A stretch of DNA of 64,000 nt from Austwickia sp. (lineage in GTDB: Bacteria; Actinomycetota; Actinomycetes; Actinomycetales; Dermatophilaceae): contig CP064985.1 of the NCBI GenBank assembly GCA_016699675.1, forward strand, positions 748,551 through 812,550. The letters are read 5' to 3'. Below the pieces are notes generated by a model that made no database searches, was not told the DNA's origin, and was given only the letters and a program-made list of their open reading frames with translations. The translations under genes were made by a program, and so were the position numbers. Position 1 is the stretch's first letter. Every line of letters starts with the position of its first letter. Positions 19,361-28,500 of the stretch are shown piece after piece.

Positions 19361-20578
19361 TCCGTGGCCAACCTTCGCGACCAGGGCTGGGCCCATTTCG
19401 ACGCCATCGTCGCGGCCGCCCCGCTGCGCGACGCCAACCCCTGGCGCGCGTCGCGCCGGAATCCGGCCGATCCCCCGACGTACGAGCCCGACTACGACAC
19501 CCTCGAGCTCCTGCTCGGCGTGCCCGTGCACCTCGGCGCGACCTCGCAGTCCGGCGTGCCCGCTCTGGCCCTCGATGTCTGGGTGGCGTACGAGTTCCGC
19601 CGCGCCGGGTTCGACCCCGACCGGGTCTGGCCCCGGGCCGAGCCGCCGCGGGTGCTGCCCGCGGAGGTCACCCTGTTCGTCGAGCGCCTGCCCCGCCGGG
19701 AACGCGCGGCGCTGTGGGCCTACATCGGTCGCGGGCACGGCGGCACGGGCACCGCGAACCTGCTGGGCAAGAACTACGTCAAGCAGGTCGACGTGGTGAT
19801 GAGCTCGTGGGCCACCGGGCCCGAGCTGATGGTCTCGACCAAGCGGATGGACTCCTCGTTCGGCAAGAACGCCGCCAACCGCGTCGAGGAGAGCTACGGC
19901 GACGCGAAGAACCTGCGACTGCGGCATCCGCAGGCGGCGCTGGGCTTCGTGTACGCCCTGTCTGCCCTCGCCCTGAGCACCGAGGCCGAGGCGGCGGAGT
20001 GGCTGATCGACCTGCTCATCAAGCTCGGGCGGGAGGACGACGCGTACGACGCCGTCGCCCTGCTCCTGCCCGACCGCGCCGCCAGCCCGGGAGGGCCCGA
20101 CGGCCAAGACGGTCAAGCCACGGCGGGTGGGCTGGCCGCGCCGGACGGACTGGCCGTGCAGGACGGGCAAGCCGAGCAAGCGGGTCTGGACGGGCGGGAC
20201 GGCCCATCCGCGCGGGTCGATGTGGCGCCAGGCGATGCGGCTGATGAGCCGCCCGACGAGCCGGCGGGGCCCATCGAGGCCGGCGCGACGGCCGAATGGG
20301 GTTGGGACGCGGGCCAACCGCTGCTGCCCCTCCAGCTTCCCGACGACCTGTTCGGCGGCGCCGACGGCGCACCCGGGACGCCGAGCCTCGACGACGCCCA
20401 GCCACCCGTGGACCTGGCGCGGCTACCCCGGGTGCGGCTACTACGCGACCGGGTGCCCGCGGAGCTGGACCCCGGGCGCTTCTTCGCGGCCATGTGCGCG
20501 CGGGTGCTCGACAACTCCCCGGTCAACTTCCACCGACAGGCCAGGGAGCGGCGCAAGACGCCGAGGCCCGCGCCCTAA
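19361..20578 (+). CDS. hypothetical protein, candidate restriction endonuclease (globular N-terminal region of about 260 aa plus an Asp/Gly/Gln/Pro-rich disordered C-terminal region)
   Basis: GTG start (VANLRDQGWAHFDAIV...). The core ...ALDVWVAYEFRRAGF...KNYVKQVDVVMSSWATGPELMVSTKRMDSSFGKNAANRVEESYGDAKNLRLRH resembles a D...(D/E)xK nuclease arrangement. The gene is convergent with the MTase gene once the IS nest is conceptually removed. Its 3' end lies in a degenerate copy of the 22-bp repeat. Confidence 0.35.
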   Translation, partial: SVANLRDQGWAHFDAIVAAAPLRDANPWRASRRNPADPPTYEPDYDTLELLLGVPVHLGATSQSGVPALALDVWVAYEFRRAGFDPDRVWPRAEPPRVLPAEVTLFVERLPRRERAALWAYIGRGHGGTGTANLLGKNYVKQVDVVMSSWATGPELMVSTKRMDSSFGKNAANRVEESYGDAKNLRLRHPQAALGFVYALSALALSTEAEAAEWLIDLLIKLGREDDAYDAVALLLPDRAASPGGPDGQDGQATAGGLAAPDGLAVQDGQAEQAGLDGRDGPSARVDVAPGDAADEPPDEPAGPIEAGATAEWGWDAGQPLLPLQLPDDLFGGADGAPGTPSLDDAQPPVDLARLPRVRLLRDRVPAELDPGRFFAAMCARVLDNSPVNFHRQARERRKTPRPAP

Positions 20579-20689
20579 CCCGGAGATTTCATGGTTAGTG
20601 TGGCCGGTAAACGCTGAAAGGTGCTCTTGACCTGGGAGAATATCGATTGCTGAGGTCGATATTGCCGGGTCGAAGGGAGCACCTTTCAG

Positions 20690-21708
20690 GTGAAGCACAC
20701 TACCCGGATCTACCCCAGAATCAAGGTCGACGCGGCCACCGTTCCGGCGGTTGCCCAGGCCGGTGGGGCGCTGCTGGCCCAGACTGCGACAGTGTCGGGG
20801 CTGGCCGCGACGTTGAGCGCTGCGCTGACGCCGTGGCGTAAGTCGCTGGCCCGGCATGACCCGGCCAAGGTGCTGCTCGATCTGGCGATCTCGCTGGTCC
20901 TGGGTGGGGACGCCTGCCGTGATGTGGCGCTCATCCGCTCCGAGCCGGGCCTGTATGGCCTGGTGGCCTCTGATGCCACGATCTCGCGCACGATCGCGGC
21001 CCTGGCCGGCGACGTGGCCGCCGTGGAGAAAGCTGTGGCCACCGCTCGTACCGCGGCACGGGCGCACGTGTGGACCCTGGCCGGTCGGCACGCCCCCAAC
21101 CAGCAGATGTCGGCCTCTCATGCGCTGGTCATCGACCTGGACGCCACGCTGATCACGGCCCACTCGGACAAGGAGGCCGCCGCGGCGACGTTCAAGAAGA
21201 CCTTCGGATTCCACCCCCTGTGCGCCTTCGCCGACCACGGCCCACACGGCACCGGTGAATCCCTGGCGATGCTGCTGCGTCCCGGGAACGCCGGCTCTAA
21301 CACCGCGACCGACCACGTCACCCTCACCAAGCAAGCCCTGACCGCCGTCCCGGGGATCAACCCGACCCGCCCGGGTAAGAAGGTCCTGATCCGCACCGAT
21401 GGCGCTGGCGGCAGCAGGGAGTTCTTGGGGTTCCTGCACCGACGTGGCCTGTCGTACTCGATCGGGTACACCCTGCCCGCGATCACCCCGGAGCTGTATG
21501 CCCTCCTACCCGCCACCGCGTGGCAGGACCCCTACGACGCCGACGGCGCCCTGCGCGACGGCGCCGCCGTCGTGGAGTTCACCGACCTGCTCACCAGCAC
21601 GAACCTCCTAAAGGGGTACCCGCCCGGGATGCGGGTGATCGTGCGTCGAGAGCGGCCCCACCCCGGCGCGCAACTACGGTTCAGCGACGTCGAAGGCTAC
21701 CCCCTGTC
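20690..21708 (+). CDS. IS1380/IS4-like DDE transposase, N-terminal part, interrupted by IS3 insertion at 21709
   Basis: LVIDLDATLITAHSDKE...FGFHPLCAFAD...GESLAMLLRPGNAGSN. The last 16 codons of the tracked ORF read through into the IS3 left inverted repeat. Confidence 0.6.
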
Positions 21709-21802
21709 TGTCAAGGTGCAGTGGGACAGCCGGTGGGTCCGGTTGTGTGGTGGTTGACGGGGCGAGAGAGCAGATGGATCGGTGACGATGAGTCAGGCGG
21801 AT

Positions 21803-23150
21803 TGAACCGCCCCGGCATGTCCGGAGACTTACTGGTTTGACGGCTCCAGCTCTTGCTGGGCTTGGATTCGAGCGTAGTAGAGGTCCTCTGCCTCGACGGG
21901 CGGGATGTCGCCGCAGTACTCGTAGAGCCGGCGGTGGTTGAACCAGTCGATCCACTCGGCGGTCGCGTACTCGACGTCGTCGACGGACTTCCACGGCTTG
22001 CGCGGCTTGATGAGCTCGGTCTTGTACAGGCCGTTGACCGTCTCGGCCAGAGCATTGTCGAAGCTGTCACCGACGGTCCCGACCGAAGCGGCGATGCCCG
22101 CCTCGGCGAGCCGCTCGGTGTAGCGGATGCTGACGTACTGCGAACCGCGGTCGGTATGTGCCACAACGGAATCCAGCGATCGCCCGTCGCGTTGCCGAGC
22201 CCACACGGCCTGCTCGAGGGCGTCCAGGACCAGCTGGGCCGTCATCGATGTCCCGCATCGCCAGCCCAGGATCCGGCGGGCGTAGGCGTCGGTCACGAAC
22301 GCGACGTACACCCACCCTGACCAGGTTGAGACGTACGTGATGTCGGCGACCCACAGCCGGTCCGGCGCGCTGGGGGCGAAATTGCGTCCGACCAGGTCGC
22401 GCGCCCGCTCCGCAGCGGGGTCGGCGATGGTGGTGCGCTTGACCTTCCCGCGGACCGCGCCGCTGAGTCCGTCGGCCTTCATGAGGCGTTCGACGGTGCA
22501 CCGCGCGACCGGGATCTGCTCCCGGTTCAGCTGCAGCCAGACTTTGCGGGCGCCGTACACCCCGTAGTTGGCGGCATGCAGCCGCCGGATCTCACCGACC
22601 AGATAGAGGTCGCGCTGCTCGCGGGCAGTCGGGGACTTCCCGACGTGCTCGTAGTAGGTCGACGGGGCCACCGGTAGACCGTGCTCGGTGAGCACGGCAC
22701 AGATGGGCTCGACACCCCAGCGCAGGCCACCGGGTTCACGGCGGTCGGCGTGCTCGCGGATGAAGTCCACGATCACCGGCAGGGCCGGTCGAGCTCGGCC
22801 GCGAAGAAAGCCGACGCCGCCTTCAAGATCGCGTTCGCCCGCCGGAGCTCGGCGACCTCCCGCTTCAACCGGCGGACCTGCTCCGACTCCTCCGTTGTGG
22901 TCCCCGGTCGGGCACCGGCGTCGACCTGCGCCTGACGGACCCACTTGCGGACCGTCTCCGGCGTCCCGACCCCGAGCAACTCGGCCACCCGCGACATCGC
23001 CGCCCACTCCGAGCCCTGATCCTCGGCGATCTCACCGACCATCCGCACCGCCCGCTCCTTCAGCTCAGGCGGGTACCGCTTGTGTGTGTCTCCTGGCATG
23101 ACTCCAACCTTCCCAAGGTTCGAAGTCTCCGGACATGCCGGGGCGGTTCA
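21803..23150 (-). mobile_element. IS3-family element (IS3-A), apparently intact, inserted in codon 5 of IS3-B orfA
   Basis: 28-bp terminal inverted repeats TGAACCGCCCCGGCATGTCCGGAGACTT. 3-bp target-site duplication GAT. OrfA at 22773-23099 and OrfB at 21829 to about 22800 in the minus-one frame (DDE ...HTDRGSQYVS...). Confidence 0.8.
21829..23099 (-). CDS. IS3-family transposase OrfAB (programmed frameshift product)
   Basis: OrfA HTH plus zipper (MPGDTHKRYPPELKERAVRMV...) and the OrfB integrase core. Confidence 0.8.
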
Positions 23151-23792
23151 GATCGGCCGGCGCGGTCTTCGCGGCGTAGGTTCACGGCGGCGTTTAAGGC
23201 GGCGGTGGTCCAGGAGTATGACGCGGCGGACGGTCCGGGGGCGCGGGGCGCGATTTTGCGTCGTGAGGGTTTGTATGACTCTCATGTGCAGAAGTGGCGC
23301 AAAGCGGTCGAGGAGGGCCGTTTGCGGGATACCCCGGTTGCGGGTCTGACCCCGAGCCGGGACCGTTCGCGGCAGGCCCAGTTAGAGGCCGAGAATGTGC
23401 GGTTGCAGGCCGAGTTGGACATGACGAAATCGATGTTGGAGGTCATGGGAAAGCACACGCGCTCTTGGAGACGGTGTCCAAGAGCGCGCCGGGAAAGCAG
23501 CAGTGACCGCGGTGCTGTGGCCCGCGTTCGAGGCGATCGAGGCCCTGGCCGGGACCAGCGCTGCGTCGGCGTTGACCGGGATTGCCCGCTCGAGTGTGTA
23601 TCGGTGGCGGGCCCGGGACAGGAAACCGTTCGGACCGTCTCGGGCGCCCAAACCCAAGGTGATGCCCTCGGCGTTGAGCCCCGCTGAGACGGCTGCTGTG
23701 CTGGAGGTCCTCAACAGCGACCGGTTCGCCGATAAGGCCCCCGCGCAGGTGTGGGCCACGCTGCTGGACGAGGGCCGGTACCTGTGCTCGGT

Positions 23793-25253
23793 GGGGGTGT
23801 CAACTCTTCTGTGTAAGGGTCTTCGGGCCTGACACGAGAGGACGCAGTACGCGTGAGCATGATGGACGAGATGACGGCATCGACGAACGGCGCGGAGGCG
23901 ACGGCGGCGATGGCCGAGGAGCTGGTGGCTTCTGGCGCCTTGGACGGGTTGTTCTCCCGGATCGATTCCGGTGAGGTGCAGCTGACCGGTGAGGGCGGGA
24001 TGCTGCCGGCGATGATCAAGGCTGCGCTCGAGCGTGGCCTGCGGGCCGAGCTGACCGATCACCTGGGATACGACAAGGGCGACCCGGAGGCGAAACACTT
24101 CCCGAACTCGCGTAACGGCACGACGCCCAAGACGGTCTCGACCGAGGTCGGCGACGTCGCCCTGGAGGTGCCTCGGGACCGGGCGGGGACGTTCACCCCG
24201 ATGCTGGTACCCAAGGGTGCGCGGCGCCTCGGCGGCCTCGACGACATGATCATCAGCTTGTATGCGGGTGGGATGACGGTCCGGGAGATCGCCCATCACC
24301 TCGCGGCCACGATCGGCACCGAGCTGTCCCACGAGACGATCAGCAACATCGTGGACGAGATCGCCGATGAGGTGATGGCCTGGCAGAACCGGCCGTTGGA
24401 GGCGTTCTACCCGGTCATCTACCTCGACGCGATCATCGTCAAGATCCGCGACGGCGCGCACGTGCGCAACAAGGCCGCGCACATCGCCGTGGGCGTGGAC
24501 ATGGACGGGATCAAGCACGTCCTGGGCATCTGGATCGAGAACACCGAGGGCGCGAAGTTCTGGGCCGGGGTCTGCGCCGAGCTCGCCAACCGCGGGGTCC
24601 GTGACGTGCTGATCGTGTGCTGCGACGGCCTCAAGGGCTTCCCCGAGGCGATCGAGGCGACCTGGCCGAACTCACTGGTCCAGACCTGCGTGGTCCACCT
24701 GATCCGCGCCGCGATGCGGTTCGTCTCCTACGGCGACCGCAAGGCCGTCGCCGCGCCCTGAAGCCGGTCTACACCGCCGCGAACGCCGAGGCCGCCCTGG
24801 ACGCCCTGGGAGCGTTCGAGGCCAGCGAACTCGGCCGCAGATACCCCCACGCGGTCGCGACCTGGACCGGGGCCTGGGAGCGGTTCACCCCGTTCCTGGC
24901 GTTCCCGCCCGAGCTGCGGCGAGTGATCTACACGACGAACTCGATCGAGTCGCTGAACTACCAGCTGCGGAAGGTGACCAAGAACCGTGGTCACTTCCCC
25001 TCCGACGACGCCGCCCGCAAGCTGCTGTGGCTGGCGATCTGCAACATCGAGGACCGCCGCGCCCGCGAACGAGCCAAGGAACGCGGCAAGCCCGCGAACG
25101 AGCGCAAGGCCTCAGGCCGGCTCGTCGAGGGCCAGGTCACCACGAACTGGAAGCAAGCCCTCGCCCAGCTCGCCGTGGCCTACCCCGAACGCATCAACCC
25201 CTACCTGACCTACTGAAAGCCCGACCCGCTTACACAGAGAAGTTGACAGGCCC
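23793..25253 (+). mobile_element. IS256-family element inserted into IS3-B orfB
   Basis: Terminal inverted repeats GGGGGTGTCAACTCTTCTGTGTAAG and CTTACACAGAGAAGTTGACAGGCCC. 8-bp target-site duplication TGCTCGGT (23785-23792 and 25254-25261). Length 1461 bp. Confidence 0.8.
23853..25216 (+). pseudogene. IS256-family (mutator-type) transposase with a 1-bp frameshift near 24755
   Basis: Two overlapping ORFs (23853-24761 and 24617-25216) are joined by ...GDRKAVAA|ALKPVYTAANAEAAL... once one base is restored. Confidence 0.7.
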
Positions 25254-26042
25254 TGCTCGGTATCCACGATGTACCGAATCCTGCGTGCTCACCAGCAAGT
25301 TCGTGAGCGGCGGGCGGTCGCTTCCCACCCCTCGCGGGTCAAGCCGCAGCTGCTGGCTACCGGCCCCGATCAGGTGTTCAGCTGGGACATCACCAAACTC
25401 AAGGGCCCGAGCAAGGGGGGTGTACTACAGCGCGTACGTGATGATTGATATCTACTCCCGGAAAATCATTCACGTCGAAGTCCATACCCGTGAGGATAAG
25501 GTGTTGGCCCGCGACTTCATCGATGCCGCGATCCGCGCGAACCGCGGCGTCCTGCCTCGATACATTCATTCGGATAATGGCGGCCCGATGACCTCGGGCA
25601 CCGTCGCGCAGCTCCTGTCGGCGCTGGATATCACCAGGTCGTTGTCGCGACCCAAGGTCAGTAACGACAATCCCTACTCCGAAGCGGCGTTTAAAACCCT
25701 CAAGTACTGTCCTGCCTTCCCCGACGACTTCGGGTCGCTGATCGACGCGCAAATATTCATGCGCGATTTCGCCGGCTACTACAACCAGCATCACCGGCAT
25801 TGCGGGATCGGGCTGTACACCCCTTGTTCCGTCCATGACGGGACCTGGCGCGATCAACGCCGGACCCGTCAAGAGACCCTGGACGCGGCCTGGCGGGCCC
25901 GTCCCGACCGTTTCCCGGGCGGCCGCCCCCAGGCACCCAAGGTGCCGACCAAGGCCTGGATCAACCAGCCGCCAGCCAGCATCCAGACCAGCTCCGCTTC
26001 CCACACTTCCGAAGCGGCCTAAATGTCCCAAACACCTTGACA

Positions 26043-26443
26043 CGTACCGACCGACTTACCGCATTTGTCACGAACACCACCCGCGGCAACTCGCCGACCT
26101 GGAACTACGCCACCGCCGCCGAGCCCGCTGCGAAGACCGGATCCGCATCGCCAAAGACTGCGGTCTGACGAACCTGCCCTTGCAGGGCTTCGACCAAAAC
26201 CGGATCTGGCTCCTGATCGTCCAGATCGCAGGCGACCTGCTCACCTGGACCGCTCTGCTGGCCTACCCCGAGCACCAGGCCCGCCGGTGGGAACCCAAGA
26301 CGCTGCGGCTGCGGCTCTTCACGATCGCCGCGACCCTGGCCCGCACGGCCCGACAGCGACTCCTGCACATCAAGACCACCGCGCCCTGGGCCGCGCTATT
26401 CACCACCGGCTGGGACCGCCTCACCGGCCTCGCACCCCCCTGA
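26043..26443 (+). CDS. IS1380/IS4-like transposase, C-terminal part
   Basis: Typical family C-terminus: ...DRIRIAKDCGLTNLPLQGFDQNRIWLLIVQIAGDLLTWTALLAY...LRLRLFTIAATLARTARQRLLHI... Confidence 0.6.
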
Positions 26444-26620
26444 CCAGCGCATACCCCCACCCCAACGACCCACAGCCCGTCATCGTCCGTGGAAGACGAC
26501 GCCCACCGGAAACGACATCCCGGCCCGTTGTCACACCCACCCGCCACAATCAGACCCATCCAGGCGTTACCGACGGCCCGACCCCCACCAGCGACCCCCT
26601 ATGCAACATCTGGGCTAACC

Positions 26621-26745
26621 CGCACGCCCGCGCCCTAACCCGCTGAGGCCCTCGCCCTAACCCGCTGAGGCCCTCGCCCTAACCCGCTGAGGCCCTCGCC
26701 CTAACCCGCTGAGGCCCTCGCCCTAACCCGCTGAGGCCCTCGCCC
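26621..26745. repeat. tandem array of a 22-bp unit CGCTGAGGCCCTCGCCCTAACC (about four perfect copies plus degenerate flanking copies)
   Basis: Direct reading of the sequence. A further degenerate copy (GCCGAGGCCCGCGCCCTAACCC) lies at 20560-20581 on the other side of the IS nest. Confidence 0.9.
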
Positions 26746-28423
26746 GCGCTCGCCGCCGGCCGTGCAGGGCCTCCCGCCCGCGCCGCATGGCCGCCAGGTC
26801 CTCGGGGCCGGGCGCGCCCACGCGCGCACCGCCACCGTCGTCCGGCCACAGGGCCGCATCGACCAGCTGCGCCGCCGCGAACACCGACCCGCGCCCCAGC
26901 AGCCCCGCAACCTCGCCGCGGACGGCGCGCAGCGCGCCGGCCCGCGCGGCCACGAGGTCCGGCGCCGGCATCGGCCACCGGTCCGCCTCGCGCGGCTCCA
27001 GCTTGAGCACGCCGCCGCCGTACGCGCGGCCCACCACCTCCGCGCCCAACAGCGTCACGCTGTTGAGGGCCGCCAACGGCAGGAGCTCCCGGCCCAGCGC
27101 GCGCAGCTCAACGCCCAAGCCGGAGCGCAAGTAGACCCCGTGCACCGAGTTCAGGTGGTGCACCCCCGCGGCGTTCTCGCACAGCCGCGCCGTGTCGGCG
27201 TTCATGTACGTCAGCAGGAGGTCGGCGGGCGGCAAGTACGGCGTCCGCCACCACGGGGTCCGCACCCGACACTTGTAGGCGGCGTCGACACCGGTGGCCT
27301 CCCCCGCCGCGATGTAGCGCCACGCCGCCCGGGACGGCTCGGCCCCCGGGCGGAACAGCCACGTCGCCTTGCCGTCGGCGTCGAGCTCCGCCAGACGATC
27401 GGTGGTGAGCGCCAGCCCTCGCAGGTGTCGGCTCCCGGGGGGCGACAGCCGGATCACGTCCCCTGGCGCCAACCCCGCCCGGCGTACCGCCGTCCCCGCC
27501 ATCGCGAAGAACCGGTTGTTGCCGGTGACCATCCCCAGCGTCGTCTCGCCCCAGGCGAGCAGAGGAACCACGTCCGCGCAGGCGAGCGCCGTCCCATACG
27601 CCCGCGCCGCGTCCGCCGGCAGCAGGGCCCCCGACCAGCGCCCGTCGCCGACCGGGCTCCAGCGCCGGACGTCGCGGTCACCCAGCTCGGCCAGGGCCTC
27701 GGCGTTGCGCGCTTGCAGGAGTTCGCAGTGGTCGTTCGGCCCCAGCCCACGCCCCTCGGCGAGCACCAGCAGCACGTCCTCCTGGACCCCCGGGAAGACC
27801 CGCTCCGCGAACACGACGAGCCGCACCCGCGCGAAGGAGCGCATCAGGAAGTCGCGCACCGGCGCCGCGTAGTTGACCGTCAGCATCTCCGCGGGCAGCA
27901 CCAGCCCCAACCGCCCTCCGGGCCGCACGTGCAGCGCGGCGTGCACCGTGAAGGCCGCCCAGCTGCTCGCCAGGGCCGTCAGCGCAACCCCCGCGCGCAG
28001 CGCCGCCCGCTGGGCCGCCGCCCGCGCGGGACCGGAAAACGCCTGGTACCGCACGTACGGCGGATTGCCGATCACCGCGTCGTACGCCGCCCGCGGCTCC
28101 CCGCGCAGGAAGTCCGCCACCGCGACGTCGGCGCGCAGCCCGGAAGCCCCGAGAACCGCCACGGCGGCCCGGGCCGACGGCTCGTGCAGCTCCACCCCCG
28201 CCAGCTGGGCAGCCAGGTCGCCCGACGCCCCCAGTGCGCCCAGCCGCTCCCCCGCGGCCAGCAGGAAGGCCGCCTCCCCGCACGACGGCTCGAAGACCCG
28301 GTCCCGCGGCGTCCGCACCGCCCACTGCGTGACGTAGCGCGCCACCGCCGGCGGGGTGAAGAACGCGCCCCGCGCCTTCCGGTGCTCCGGAGGATCGTGG
28401 GGGTGCGCGGCCATGACGTTCAT
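26723..28423 (-). CDS. gamma-class N6-adenine DNA methyltransferase (TaqI/Eco57I-like, with a C-terminal target-recognition region)
   Basis: Motif X (GAFFTPPAVARY), motif I (FEPSCGEAAFLL) and motif IV (VIGNPPYVRY). Start at MNVMAAHP. The tracked ORF's 3' end runs into the tandem repeats, so the true C-terminus is uncertain. Confidence 0.75.
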   Translation of the reverse strand: MNVMAAHPHDPPEHRKARGAFFTPPAVARYVTQWAVRTPRDRVFEPSCGEAAFLLAAGERLGALGASGDLAAQLAGVELHEPSARAAVAVLGASGLRADVAVADFLRGEPRAAYDAVIGNPPYVRYQAFSGPARAAAQRAALRAGVALTALASSWAAFTVHAALHVRPGGRLGLVLPAEMLTVNYAAPVRDFLMRSFARVRLVVFAERVFPGVQEDVLLVLAEGRGLGPNDHCELLQARNAEALAELGDRDVRRWSPVGDGRWSGALLPADAARAYGTALACADVVPLLAWGETTLGMVTGNNRFFAMAGTAVRRAGLAPGDVIRLSPPGSRHLRGLALTTDRLAELDADGKATWLFRPGAEPSRAAWRYIAAGEATGVDAAYKCRVRTPWWRTPYLPPADLLLTYMNADTARLCENAAGVHHLNSVHGVYLRSGLGVELRALGRELLPLAALNSVTLLGAEVVGRAYGGGVLKLEPREADRWPMPAPDLVAARAGALRAVRGEVAGLLGRGSVFAAAQLVDAALWPDDGGGARVGAPGPEDLAAMRRGREALHGRRRARARASAG

Positions 28424-28500
28424 CCTGCCCGAGGGCACCGACAACGCAGCGCAGCGAACCGGCGCGCCCCCGGCGGGCGCCCCCACTAGGCTCGGGAACC

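Larger units (their letters stand above)
21709..26042 (+). mobile_element. IS3-family element (IS3-B) inserted into the IS1380 transposase gene; it is itself interrupted twice
   Basis: Terminal inverted repeats TGTCAAGGTGCAGTGGGACA (left, 21709-) and TGTCCCAAACACCTTGACA (right, ending 26042). OrfA MSQAD|RPARSSRRRFTAAFKAAVVQEY... with a leucine zipper. OrfB pieces at 23503-23792 and 25262-26022 (DDE core ...HSDNGGPMTS...). Confidence 0.7.
20582..26620. mobile_element. composite nested IS region: an IS1380-family element split by an IS3 element that itself carries a second IS3 and an IS256-family element
   Basis: Flanked on both sides by the 16-bp motif GCCCGCGCCCTAACCC (20566-20581 and 26626-26641). 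See the sub-features below for termini and target-site duplications. Confidence 0.7.

Noticed and set aside
21709-26042. Clean target-site duplication for IS3-B
   Set aside because: The flanks (…CTGTC / CGTAC…) do not give a matching 3-4 bp duplication. The IR match is convincing, but the TSD could not be confirmed, possibly because of a small deletion.
26621-26745. Telomere-like CCCTAA in the 22-bp repeat
   Set aside because: Only a hexamer coincidence inside a bacterial tandem repeat.
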